A DNA stretch of 50,909 bases, taken from contig SNRW01000005.1 in assembly GCA_008636045.1 (NCBI GenBank), forward strand, positions 1 through 50,909, written 5' to 3'. The notes below the pieces were generated by a model. That model had not been told where the DNA came from, did not search any database, and was given only the letters and a program-made list of their open reading frames with translations. The stretch is from Streblomastix strix. Lineage: Eukaryota. The position numbers and the translations under genes are program-made. Positions 12,646 to 24,722 of this stretch are shown here, piece by piece. Position 1 is the first letter of the stretch; every line of letters starts with the position of its first letter.

Positions 12646-13651
12646 ATCATCTAAACCATCAATTGAAATAATCCCTTTGTCTATTAAACACTAAATAATT
12701 TATCCAATTAATCATTATTAATTTTAACATTATTTTCTTCGTGACACTTTCTCAATGAAATCTCACCTTTGAGTTTAGTAATACAATATCCAATGATTTT
12801 AAATGTTGTATTTATATTTTATGTGATCATTTTATCCATTAATTCTTTATTTAATATAAGATACTATTTAAATTCATCAATTGTTTCAAATATTACTAAC
12901 TCCGGTGAGTAGTTCTCAAATATCTTTAATTATGGTAGATTATTATTTACTTTATTTGCTTGTTTCTATTTACTATCTAATATTACTCTATTTATTTTAT
13001 TTGAAATAAAATCATAATTTTTCATCAAAATACTAAATAAACTTTAGGTAAAATTGATATTTGTGACTAATCAACTAACTAACTATCTTTATTTTTAAAC
13101 TATAATAGCACATATGTACGATGATTTAATTGACGAAAATGTTTGTCTGAACATTATTCATCTCAACAACCTACATATTAATCATTCATTTACTCTACTT
13201 ACACAAATGAAGCATATAAATAAAGATCCTAACAAATTAATTACTTATTTGTTCTACATTATATAAATATTATCTCTCTATTATTTTTGATGTCACAAAT
13301 ACAACATGCAATATAAATTTATTCATTACTCAGTCTGTTTATGTAGTTGAATTTTAAGTTAATGTCATCCGTTTTCTGTTAGGTTTTGAGATCATTTTAC
13401 ATTCAAATATTACTTTCAAAAGAAAACTGACATAAATGCTTAACTCAACAATTATGGTAATTTTACCTTTAAAGATAAACCTCAGCTATACATATTATAT
13501 TTCGTATATCATCTACTATTGAATATAAATTATTGTACTTGTTTTTCTTTAGTTCTATATCAAATTCTTAAATTCCTTTTGTCTTTTGATAATAATCGTT
13601 TCATAGTTAAGTTTCTAGCTGCTTAAGCTAATCGTATATTTATTTATCCAT
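12640..13651 (-). pseudogene. Viral ORF(s) of unknown function, heavily degraded
   Basis: ATG 13651 after a T-tract; ends ...IDKGIISIDGLDDS* at TGA 12642-12640; several stops and frameshifts. Confidence 0.4.
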
Positions 13652-13679
13652 TTTGATAAAAATAAAAAAAAATGATTGC

Positions 13680-15393
13680 TCATCTTTCAATTTAACTTAT
13701 CACTTCATCAAACATGTTGTAGACATCATAAACACATGAACCACCATTAACAGGTCCAAACAACCAGAATGTATCATAAAATGCACATAGAATAGGTGGA
13801 GGTGGTATTTTACTCATTATATCAACATTATAATAACAATCTGTATCACCTTAATAAATAGGTGCTACTCTTAATTCTACTGACACATTTTAATTATTTG
13901 TATCCAATCCATCAAATGTTAGTGCACCATTACTATTACGTTCACATTAAAGTGAAATCATGAATTATGTCAGATCAGTATGAGGATTTAATCTCCTTGA
14001 AGCTGTGTTTCTTGATGTTGTGAGAGCATCTTCGAATTCATCAGTTGCTTCGAATAACAGATCCAAATTACTTGCATTCAATTACATTTAGGAGAATTAT
14101 TAATCTAGTATACTCATATGCATGTCTGGAAAATTTCTACGATAAGTTGTAACTTACATGTTATGATATATGGATTTTCATAACAAGTTATGTCTCTAGT
14201 AAGTTTAGGAAATAATAGGCATAAATCAATAATATTAGATAATTGAATATTTTATGAAGTTCTTATTCCTGTTGTAGTAGCACTTGTTGGAAATGACCAT
14301 GCTTCAACTCTCTATGCAGGTACAACAAATGGCCTATTTTCAAAGAAATCACGTACTCCTTATAGGCAATCATCAATTGCTTTATATCCACTCATATTTG
14401 CAGTCACTTCAGTTACAACGAAATTCTTTATTAATAATGTTAAAGGACTAATACTACAAATCAAATTCTTCAATCCACTATCTGTAATTTATTCTAAACT
14501 TATTTTTGTAATGAGATCTGCTGTACATCCCATTTAACTAAATTACTTAGTATATTGATATCCCAAACTCCAATTTCTAAAGAGTAGATCAATAATCTTA
14601 AGCTTATCCGGTCCGTTAGCCATAAGATCAGTCTTATTGATAGTGTAGTATTTAGCCAGGCTGATAACTAAGTTCATTTAAGCAAATATAAATGCATTTA
14701 GTTTAATTTTAAATAAAATTTTAAAATCACCAAATAAAGAATTTGGATAGTCAGTAAAACCACTAAATATTATGATATCTTCTATTGGAATAGATAATCT
14801 AAATCTTATTGGAGTAGCGTATAGAATAGAAACTGGATCTTTAATTGCATATTCTATACCTATCTTTGTTATATAAGTGCCACAATCTGATGTATCAAAT
14901 TTATAGATATTTTAATACAATGAGTGAATATGTTTTCAATTATTTTTTCTCACATCTTGGTTTAACAGTGCTATAGATAAATTATTCGGTAGTTGAATCA
15001 TTCTACAATGTTCCATCAATAATTCTGCATTTATGATAAATAGTATATTCTCTTATAATTTGACTGGCTGATTTAAATCTAATGAATAATACAGTTCCAT
15101 CTTTATAAGACTCTTCTAATCTTTCAAACTTATTATCAAACTGTACATTAGCTTTAAGAACTATTAAAATGGAATGAATTCTAAATTGATGTTACATCAT
15201 GATCTTAATCAGATAATCTACTTAAAATTTCTTTATCAAATAGTGCAGGCATCTTTGACTCTGGTTTGATTTCTTTGATTGAATAATAGTGTTCTCCATC
15301 ATTTCTAAATGCATTAACGTAGTTACCTTTTAATGTTGCTTCGATAGTTCCAAGTTATTACAAATGCATTGACTTATTGAGAAAGTGGCTCAT
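13680..15393 (-). pseudogene. Putative major capsid protein (probably double jelly-roll), frameshifted
   Basis: About 570 codons, beta-strand-rich: LFIRFKSASQIIREYTIY, GFTDYPNSLFGDFKI, FVVPAQRVEAWSFP, CERNSNGALTFDGLDT...VSVELRVAPIYQG, PPPPILC...DTFWLF. Size and position near the ATPase and fibres fit a Maverick MCP; the fold is inferred. Confidence 0.65.
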
Positions 15394-15439
15394 GATTTAT
15401 TTGAAGCAAAAATAAACTAATCATATGTAGTAAATTAAA

Positions 15440-15886
15440 CTTTTAAACTAATTATTTTCAAAAATCTTATTCGCTGACTTCTTGAATACAATATGGAGAA
15501 ATTGTATTATATTATGTTCCGTTTACAGTTTAATTTGAAGGAATTGCAAGATGAGTTCCCATAGTTCAATTTATATTTCTTGACACATTCGGATTAAGTC
15601 TTACATATCTATTATTTTCAATTGACTATATTACTCTAGGTTAATCAATGAAATTCCCTACATCATTTCTAAAATTACCCAAGTTCATTATTCTTTCTTA
15701 AGCATTATTTGTATATATTGCATCTAAACCACTTGACGCAGCTTTTAAATCTTTACTTATTATTGGTGGTGCTAATATGTTAGTAAATGGTTTAATAGGT
15801 ATATATATGTTGGATCACCTAATTTACTCCTTCATCAATTTTTTGTGCTATTTATTTGATTTTATGAAAGATTACAGCTATTTCAT
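15440..15886 (-). pseudogene. Small viral ORF immediately upstream of the capsid gene
   Basis: ATG 15886; after a frameshift reads IPIKPFTNILAPPIISKDLKAASSGLDAIY...; function unknown. Confidence 0.35.
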
Positions 15887-15949
15887 TTACAATAAATAAT
15901 CAATTTCATGAGCTGATTCGTATTAACATACAACTTATTCATACAAAAT

Positions 15950-17557
15950 AACTTCTATTAATATAACAATTAACAAACTTATTAGGTTTAAATTCTGATA
16001 ATATATGAATATGCTAGCGAACCAGATTATCTGTATCTGTTACCGTGAGATAAGCGGAAGGAACGTCTTATATAAGGCTAGTGTTGAAATCATATAATAT
16101 CATAAATGCGAACAATAATGTTCTTTTTGGATCTATCGACTAATTCATACTTAGTACATACTTTTTAGTTTCTATAAACCCTTTCAATCTCAAATGTTTA
16201 TTGAACATGACTAGTTTATTAACAGTATCATCAATCATTTAAATCTTAAAAGCATCTATGTCATATGGAATATAAGCTAATGCAAGTAATTAATCTTTTG
16301 ATATGTCTATTACTGCATATTATGGAAATACTGATGGTGAAATAGGCAATGGTGGTAGAATATCATGTTACATAATAGTTCTATCTATATGAGAAATTGG
16401 TTAGTCACTTGATGTTATGTTATTCTAATTTGATTCTTATGGCTGTGGATCAATTAAATAACTTCCACTAAAGTCTCAAAAATCCATAAGATAATAACCA
16501 AATCCTTAATTCACAACAACATCTGGTCTGTCATTTCCATTAATCTATATCATGCCAGCGAATGAGGTATAGGAGGTCTTAATTTGGAAGAATTTAGATA
16601 ATCTAGGTTATAAATCAGAATCTATTGTTTAAAATACTTTGAATACATTATTTACATGTTAACTACTAACTTCAACTTGGAAATTAAACGTACATATTAG
16701 CCCATCTTTAACAAAATTTGCAGCACTAAGGGAACCAAATGTATTATTATTCACTAATTTAGTATTGTTATTGAAATAATTAAATAATGAAACAGGTTAA
16801 CTTGGTTCGTAAGGTTAAACTCCGTCATCAATCATTTCTGTCTAATTTAACATAATATCTTATAAAAATGACATTGATTTCATTCCATCAATAATATAAT
16901 TAACATGTCAGTCATCTACAATATTTATATTTCAATCACCATTTACATCACTAGTTGATCTCTTTAATAGTTCATAATTTATATAATAAAAATCTGCAAT
17001 AACAATATGATTATTTCTTTAATCGGCGTGTTTTGATCAACATTACCAATTAGTGACTCTATATAAAATCTTTTTTCACTAATGTAACCCATTATATTTT
17101 GTTGATGACCTCCATCATCTCAAAACACTAATGCATGCCTGCTATATGGCCACTACTCTTTGGGAAAGCTAGTGAACACAAAACCCATGAAATTTTCTCT
17201 AAGATACGGTCCAATGTTAAGTACTACTTTATTTCATAATTTATGGAATTTAATTCTCCCATCACTGATATTATATAGAAGTAAAGGTTATGTTAGTTTT
17301 GTTATTGGAATTGTTATTATCTCTGCAGCATCAGGTATTGGTTGTGTTATTGGTTCTGGAGGTGTTTGTTATACAAATATTTTTTCTTCAATATCTTTCA
17401 CTTAATCCTGTAGATATTATGGTCCAGCAATGATTTGATTAGTTACTCCATCAACAATTGGTTTAGATTCACGATCATGAATATAAGCATATAATTCTGA
17501 GAAATCTGATAGGCCAGCTGCATTCTTTAGCGCTTCGTCAATGTAAACATTACTCAT
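15950..17557 (-). pseudogene. Fibre/receptor-binding-like protein with repeated beta-rich head-like modules
   Basis: ATG 17557; Pro-rich linkers (TPPEPITQPIPD, LPPLPISPSVFP) separate modules such as NKVVLNIGPY...FTSFPKEQWP and FVKDGLICTFNFQV...TIDSDLQP. Confidence 0.45.
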
Positions 17558-17625
17558 TTTATAGTCAAAAAATTAACAACTTCATTGATTGATACAATGA
17601 ATTAATATTAAAAGATTTATTATCA

Positions 17626-20320
17626 AAGCATTCAACTAAATTATAGGCCAATTTCATCATTAGTACCAATTGCTTCTGTTGAATCGGTAGATACTCGAAT
17701 ATTTCTAAATGATAATACACCTGTTAATGTCTTTCGCTTTGTTGCCAATGTAATTGAATATAGTGCATGATGGTGCTGGTGGAGTTATGGTACTACTTAT
17801 GCTTTCAAAACTGCAGATCAAAGTAGCTACTAAAATATTGATTTAAGTTCTCGGTTGAAAATCTATCATTAAATGATAAAAATTATTTATTCGAGCAAGT
17901 TTTAAATAATTGAATGTAAAGGTTGAATTTAAACTAACGATTAAATTTGTTAAGTCTTCAACTTATACTCCTCCTAATGATGATACTAAAGCATCACCTC
18001 CATCAGCTAATAAAACTGATGTATCAACTTTATTTGTTTTCATAAATCCAGTTGCATTAATATTTGCATTAAATGTATTTTCAACATCAATATATTGAGT
18101 CGTACTTGACGTAACGTAATCATTTAATAATGCAGTATCAGCTTTAAAACTTATCATATCATTTGTTTTAGTTTTTGAATAAGTTTATGGTTTTATATAA
18201 TAATTCGTTAGTTTTGTATCAACTTCTGACTAAACCAAATTAGTATTGGCAACTGGATATTATGTCTCATCATATGTTGTACCAAATGGATTAACATATT
18301 TTAGTTTTTTAGTTATTGTTTATAAAATTGAACCTTCCAATATTACATTATTATTATCGGTTCTGTTCTTGAATAAGTTTATGTTTTTGTATAATAATTT
18401 GATAAATCTGTTGGAGCACTTACAAATTCAGATATTGTTTTAGTACCTTCAGATCTAAATAACACAGCAGTATTATCAGCACCAAATTTGATAAATGATG
18501 AATCAGTTACTGAAGACATTCCTTCAGTTGAACTAATGAATCTGCAACTATTATTGAATATCTTATTTGCTGCTATTGTCTATGAAGTACCTAATTTTAC
18601 GTAATTATCCAGATCAGTTGTATCTAAATCTTCATCAAATTATTCATCGGTTTTGTTTAGTATAATAATTACTCAAATCAATATCACCTGCATCAATCTA
18701 AGATATCAATTGATCAGTTTCTATTTTGATAAATGTTGTTGATTAATTTGCTTTATTATTTAATAAATTATCAGATATAGTTTTAGAATAAGAATCAATC
18801 AGTAATGTCTCATCTGCTTTCAATAATATGAGTGCATCATCTTCCGATTTAGTATACGTTGTTGATTAATTTGTTTTTTTTTTTAATAAATTATCTGTTT
18901 ATGTTTTAATATATGAATCAATCAATTATGTCTTATCTGCTTTCAGTAATAAGAATGCATCATCTTCATCTTTTGTATAAGAAACTTCTACAATTGCTTT
19001 ATCATTTTACAGGTTATTTGTTTCAGTTTAAGAATATGTCTAAGTTTTATTGTAATAATTACTCAAATCAACACTAGCATTTATATCAGATATTGCTTTC
19101 GCTTAACCATTTGCAAGAAATACAGAATTATTATCGTATCCTGAGTATTGAATGCCTTTAGAAATAATAGTACTTGTAAAGGTCTTAATCTCAATAATAG
19201 AATGATCGTTTCCTGTAGTAGCAAATATAGTATTATGTGCAAGTATTAGTGTGTTTTTATCAATAGATTGATCTTTTATTGCATCACCTCCTGCAGTTGC
19301 TACACCAAGTGTTGTTATAATGTTACTCATATCAGGTAGATCAGTTTCTAGAACTTTTAAGTCAGTTCCATCCCACCAATAATCAGTAACTTCTTTATCA
19401 ACAATATATAAATTATCTTCAATCACTAGTTTTGCAACATTGTCTTGAAAAGTCATCCAGTCATTCAACTCTTCTTATGTTGAGAATATATATACTTTCA
19501 ATTTACTAGTTGCTGAATCTAGAATTTCTTATAACTATAGTTGTGCTACTAAATAACTTACTTAAATATTGCCACCTTCAGCAAATAACACGGAAGCATC
19601 ATTTTTACTTAGTTTTGATATGCATGAAACACTAATTACACCGAATTATTTTTATCTTGATATTGTTTGAGCAGAAGTTAAATCAACATAATTCGTCAAA
19701 TCTGTTTTATCAACTTTCAATAATATGAGTGCATCATCTTTTATCTTTAAGTAACTATCAACAATATCGGCGACATTATCTCTAAGATTTAATTTATCAT
19801 CAGTTTCTGTCTTAGTGTACGCTTCGATTTATTCAGCTATATTTAATTTTAAATCTAAGTTTTTATCAGCATTCAATAATAAGAATGCATCATCTTCTAT
19901 TTTAGAATAACTATCAATAATATCTACTTTATCTGCTTTCAATAATAAGAGTGTATCATCTTCCGTCTTAGAATAAATATCAATAATATCTGCGACATTT
20001 GCTTTAAAGTCTAATTTTGTACTGAATTCTTCAGCACCAACAAAGTTGCTATCAGTTTTGTTCATAGTGTATATATCTGACTTGTTAGTTTTTGTTTCAA
20101 ATATTTGATTTGCTTATGTTTTAGTAAAGACTTCGTCTCTGGCCTAAGTTTCACTTTTGCTATACGAATCAGATATAGGTGTGTTTTGTAAAATATTAAT
20201 TTGTTAATTAATGTTTTTAACTTATTCTTTTAAGCTAACTTTATTATATCTAATACTACAAAATAATGTTTCATCATGAGTTTAAATAACATCAGTTATA
20301 CGTGCTTCATTTTGTGCCAT
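17626..20320 (-). pseudogene. Tail-fibre-like repeat protein
   Basis: ATG 20320; many YSKTEDDALLLLKADK / YTKTETD-type repeats and T.QTI..K.F...F.K....sVLLADGG modules reminiscent of phage tail fibres. Supported by track ORFs 17963-18157, 19103-19468 and 19829-20065. Confidence 0.7.
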
Positions 20321-20398
20321 TTATTCAAAAATTAGCAGTTTGGACTACATCTTAAATTAAATTTAGAACTACTAATAATACTTTCGATACTGCTTACA

Positions 20399-21562
20399 TC
20401 ACTCTTGAAGATATCTCATTTAAGTCTAAAATAGATGTTATTTTTTCTTATTTTCTACAAACATAACTTATAAATGTCTCTTAACAGATTAACTTTATTT
20501 TCCTCTAGTGCATGAATATTTATATTTCCAATACCGATCTCAGTTAATATTATAATACCGTCATTCATGAATTTAGTGCAGCATGTACTTATATCTTCAT
20601 TCAGTTAAACTTATTATTTATTAACATCAAATGTGTTTGCAATAACTCGAATAAGTTAAGATTCAGATAAAATGAAATGAGCTGATTCTTTTAATATATG
20701 GGAGTTTCCACACAAAAACAACCAATTCTAATTTTATTGCATAAAACAATATGAAATAATTTTATTATCAACACCCAAGTGCCCTTTTTTGCCATTTTTG
20801 CAGAAACGTGGAGTTGGCGAAAAAATTGAAATTTTTCATACCAATACCAACACTTAATAAATCTCTTTAAATTTATTATTATTTTAAAATATATTATGAT
20901 ATAATTTAATTTAATTAAATTTTAATAAAACTAATTAACAAATAATATAAAAAAATGAAAACTTTAATTTTTTTTAAAATTTTTTGAATAATCTTAATAT
21001 TAATTTCAAAACGTTTTTTAGATAAAATTAATATTATTTTATTATAATAATTAAAATTAAATTTTAACGTATTTTTAATAAATTAAAAACTACAAATTTT
21101 TTCTCTATTACTAGTCAATTAATTTTGTTTTTTTATCTAGAAATTAAATTATATCATAATATATTTTAAAATAATTATAAATTTAAAGAGATTTATTAAA
21201 TATTGGTATTGGTATGAAGAATTTCAATTTTTTCGCCAACTTTACGTTTCCGCGAAAATGGAAAAAAAAGGGCACTGGGTATTAAAAGTAAAATTATTTC
21301 ATATTGATTTATGCTATAAAAATTGAATGAATTGCTTTGGTGAAGAAACACCCATATGTTCATCTTCACTAATTATATCCAATAACCATTTACATATTGA
21401 TGAATCAGCTACTAACACATCTTCAAATATTGAGCTTCTTCTTCGTGTGGATTGTTATGAAGAGTCAATAGATGTCAATTAATTTTTTCCAAACGGTGAA
21501 CATTCTTCTTTAATTGTGAGGATTGATGTTAATGATGATCTTGGAAATAAAATTTACGTCAT
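20399..21562 (-). pseudogene. Viral ORF of unknown function interrupted by a MITE
   Basis: MTQILFPRSS...WLLDIISEDEH[insert]ILKESAHFILSESQLIRVIANTFDVN...STCCTKF; the frame is restored exactly when 20700-21353 and one ATAT copy are removed. Confidence 0.7.
20700..21353. mobile_element. Non-autonomous DNA transposon (MITE), 654 bp, ~215 bp TIRs, ATAT target-site duplication
   Basis: Arms ~20700-20915 and ~21140-21353 are approximate reverse complements (e.g. AGTTGGCGAAAAAATTGAAAT / ATTTCAATTTTTTCGCCAACT). Ends GGG...CCC; ATAT at 20696-20699 and 21354-21357. Confidence 0.9.
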
Positions 21563-21584
21563 TTTATCTAAATAAAAATAACAA

Positions 21585-21773
21585 TCATAAATTCTCAATT
21601 AAACATTCATAAATACTCTTCAGAGTGATCTTTTTATGAATATCTCCTTCTTCACCTTTTATAAGTTCATTTATTACATCAAATGCACTGGCTATCAAGA
21701 ATAAATTAGCTATCTCAACTAATGCTATGATTGTTAGTGACACATTTACTGTAATTTCGAAAATAATTTTCAA
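21585..21773 (-). CDS. Small hydrophobic viral ORF (possible membrane protein)
   Basis: 62-codon track ORF with a hydrophobic N-terminal half, ending in TGA; start codon is not ATG and may be mutated. Confidence 0.35.
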   Translation of the reverse strand: MKIIFEITVNVSLTIIALVEIANLFLIASAFDVINELIKGEEGDIHKKITLKSIYECLIENL

Positions 21774-21789
21774 TTAGATTAAAAATAAA

Positions 21790-22107
21790 TTTAATTTAAT
21801 TATTCTTCAGTATGATCTTATATTCTATGTCAGTTTATAGCGATTCCAACGTATAACCCCTTTCATATTCTTTAAAATTTTGATCCGATAATAATTTCAT
21901 TAACTGTGTTTGCATTGTATTATTTTAAATATATGCCTTTTTCTACGTATATCTTCTCTTTGTAGCTAATTATTACGTACGTATTGCTTCCTTTCAATCA
22001 TTATCAATGAAGTATTTATTCGACCTTCATACTGATCTCTTTTCAATTTATTACTCATTCTCTTCCCTTACAGATTCATTGATTCTAGTTTCCATTGTTG
22101 TTTCCAT
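21790..22107 (-). pseudogene. Small basic protein with a decayed AT-hook-like motif
   Basis: METTMETRINE...KRSV*RSNKYFIDND*KEAIR resembles GRP.KY.t.eerkea if the two TGAs derive from GGA and CGA/AGA. Confidence 0.35.
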
Positions 22108-22133
22108 TACAATAAAAATAAAAAAAATTAAAT

Positions 22134-23224
22134 TCACAATTTTAATATAAAGTATGATTTATATTCAATATCTAATTCACTAATATTTTTTGCTACAAAT
22201 TTTGTAAAGAATATTGGTAATTCTACTGTTAATAAATCAATATATGGATTAAATAGCTCAACTTTAACATTTCCATTAATATATTCCATTTACGCACTTA
22301 TGTTGTTGAAATTGCGTCTCATTTTATCAAATTAATGTTTTGTTTTTGATGTATCAAAGTATAGTAGTAAAATATTACCTTTTCAATATTATTTTAAACT
22401 ATATTATATTTATAATCTCAACGCATCATTTAATTATTTCTATTAATGATAGATATATTATCCTTCAATTCGCTTATCATTTTAAACTTATATTGTACTA
22501 TACTTATTTAAATAAACAATATGTGGATTACGATTATAAAATCAACAGTTTATTACATTAATTATTTATTAGCAAGATCATAAATATTATTAACAAACGC
22601 GTTTCTTATTGCTTGAATAACTATATCTATTACTCTATTATCATTAGTAAATTTACAACTTGTGAAGAATATGTATATCTTATTTTCTTTATAGAAATCA
22701 TTCAGTAATTTTTATGCATAAACTTTCTCACCATCCCCTTTTATATCATTAATCGGAACTAGTTTTATCAACTATTTCAGTGCTTCAAGTATTGGAATTT
22801 ATGATTTAGAGTTCACTAGAATAACAACTAAATATTTAGTATTAATATTAATAGTGATTAGATATTATATTATTTCAACTTTCATTTTCATTACGCATAT
22901 TTAATCTTGTTCTTAAGAATTATAATATGGTGAAAAATATGACCTTTCAAATCTTGCTAATAGTTTTAGTTAATTATCATGAGGTTCTAGGGTATTAGCT
23001 TAAGGATAAATATCAAGTTAGTTCTTAATTTAATGAGGTCGTATGTTATTGTAATTAGCTTTACGTATGACGTCATGCTTTAATTTGAAAGGGAATTTAT
23101 TTTATATCATTTCTTGGAATAAATTATCTTTCTTTGATTTATTTAATTTGTTTAGCTTATTATCCAATAAATAAATTTCTATAAATATCTCTCAGAATAT
23201 TATTATTTATATTAGTCATACCAT
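22134..23224 (-). pseudogene. Retroviral-type (rve) integrase
   Basis: YNSQEQD...YLITININTKYLVVILVNSKS...INDIKGDGEKVY...FTNDNRVIDIVIQAIRNAF...QTVDF and, after a frameshift, YNRNPH follow the integrase core pattern (first D, GD, helix 4, YN..pH). Ends at TGA 22136-22134. Confidence 0.8.
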
Positions 23225-23249
23225 TAGCTAAGAGATTAATCTACAAAAT

Positions 23250-23843
23250 TAATTTTTAGTTCTATTTAATCCAATACCTCGAGCTATTTTTAATTAAACT
23301 TATAATTACAAATATTGTTACAAAATGATTGTTTCTTATTAATATTTTCTTATCGAAGCATTTTATTTATTTTTGTATTTGGATCTATATTATTATCTAA
23401 ATTGAATTACTCCTATTCATTAATAATATCTATTTCCTACTACTTTAATTTGTTAAATTCGTTAACAGAAGTAATTGATGTTGATTAGATTTGACTTTTC
23501 GTTTTTGATTTAGGTTATTATAGCATTTTGGCTACCAATTCTGCTGGTATTGATTCTGCTTGTGTTGTAGGCTGGGTTAATGATTAAATTTGTCTCTATT
23601 CCAATAAAATTGGCTAATTAATTTAATAGGCTAATAAACTTAAACTTATTGTTTTGTAACAACTTTGTTGATAGCATATATGTTACCATCTTGGATGCAG
23701 TTGATTAAATATTAATTCTTTCATGTTTTATTTAACCAATTTATTAATTATCTTACTTCTATTTGATAAATTTATATAAAAATTTGGCTTTTCTTCCTCA
23801 GCTCAACTCAAATATTTATTCCATAATTTAATATAATCATCAT
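23250..23843 (-). pseudogene. Viral ORF of unknown function, degraded
   Basis: ATG 23843 after a T-tract; Gln/Pro-rich fragments such as QPTTQAESIPAELVAKML. Confidence 0.3.
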
Positions 23844-24139
23844 TTATTAAGTAAAAAATATAATAATATCCAATTTTAAGAACTCTTTTATCTGAATCCT
23901 TTTCTAATAATAGCTTCATCTACCCCTTTGAAAATTCAACGTTATCTATATTACTAAAATTATAAAATAATAATGAGCAATTGCATAAAAATCAGTATTT
24001 TTCTATTGATCAAGTTGTTGCTTAATATTCATTTAATTTATAATAATTAATCAAAAATAGCTTTGAAAAAAGTTGGAATAAATTAATGACTCAATTAACA
24101 AACATGTTTGCTGGCTATCAGCTAATCAAATTATATAGT

Positions 24140-24722
24140 TTTTTTGAATTTATCAATGCAAATTTATACTTTTTTATTATCATAAATTATAAATATAAAC
24201 GAATAATTGTCCATTTTACATTTTCTCATTGATGTTTAATACTCTATATTTTAAACCATTATAATAATTAAATTTATTTTATTCTTCACTAACGTTATAA
24301 AATTCAAACCTTTATATTCCATAATCATTAATAGTAACAGTGTCATTAGGGAATTCATCAACATATACATATTTAACATCATTATTATGTTTCGATTTAT
24401 TTTTACAGTTGTCACTTGCAGAAACATACGTTAAATTACTTAAACTGTTATTTAACTTATTTTAGTCTTTGTTATCAATTTACGTCATATTAATTGGATC
24501 ATCATTTTCAACAAACTATTCTGCAATAATTTTATGAAGATCTCACATTTTTCCACCAATTTTTCCACGCAAATAGCTACATTTATACTTACTGAATTTA
24601 GGAATAAATCCATCTTCTTTTCTTCTGATTATCATTGGCTCCTATTTTAAAATCTAGAATTTACTATTAGCTTTAAGAGTTACGAATTCTACTTTTGTAT
24701 AATCTTCTTATATCTGACTCAT
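24140..24722 (-). pseudogene. HNH homing-endonuclease-like protein
   Basis: LHKIIAEQFVENDDPINMTQIDNKDQNKLNNSLSNLTYVSASDNCKN matches the HNH_3 pattern HR.vA..F..N...VdH.D.nk.nN...NL.wv..s.N..N. The catalytic H appears as N, and there is an internal TGA. Confidence 0.75.

Noticed and set aside
13170..13240. CFICVSRVNE as a tyrosine recombinase R-x-x-E motif
   Set aside because: No HxxR or catalytic Tyr motifs could be found, and the ORF is too degraded.
20700..21353. Central inverted repeat as the junction of two head-to-head viruses or a replication origin
   Set aside because: It is unrelated to the viral TIRs, has its own TSD and interrupts one continuous ORF, so it is an inserted MITE.
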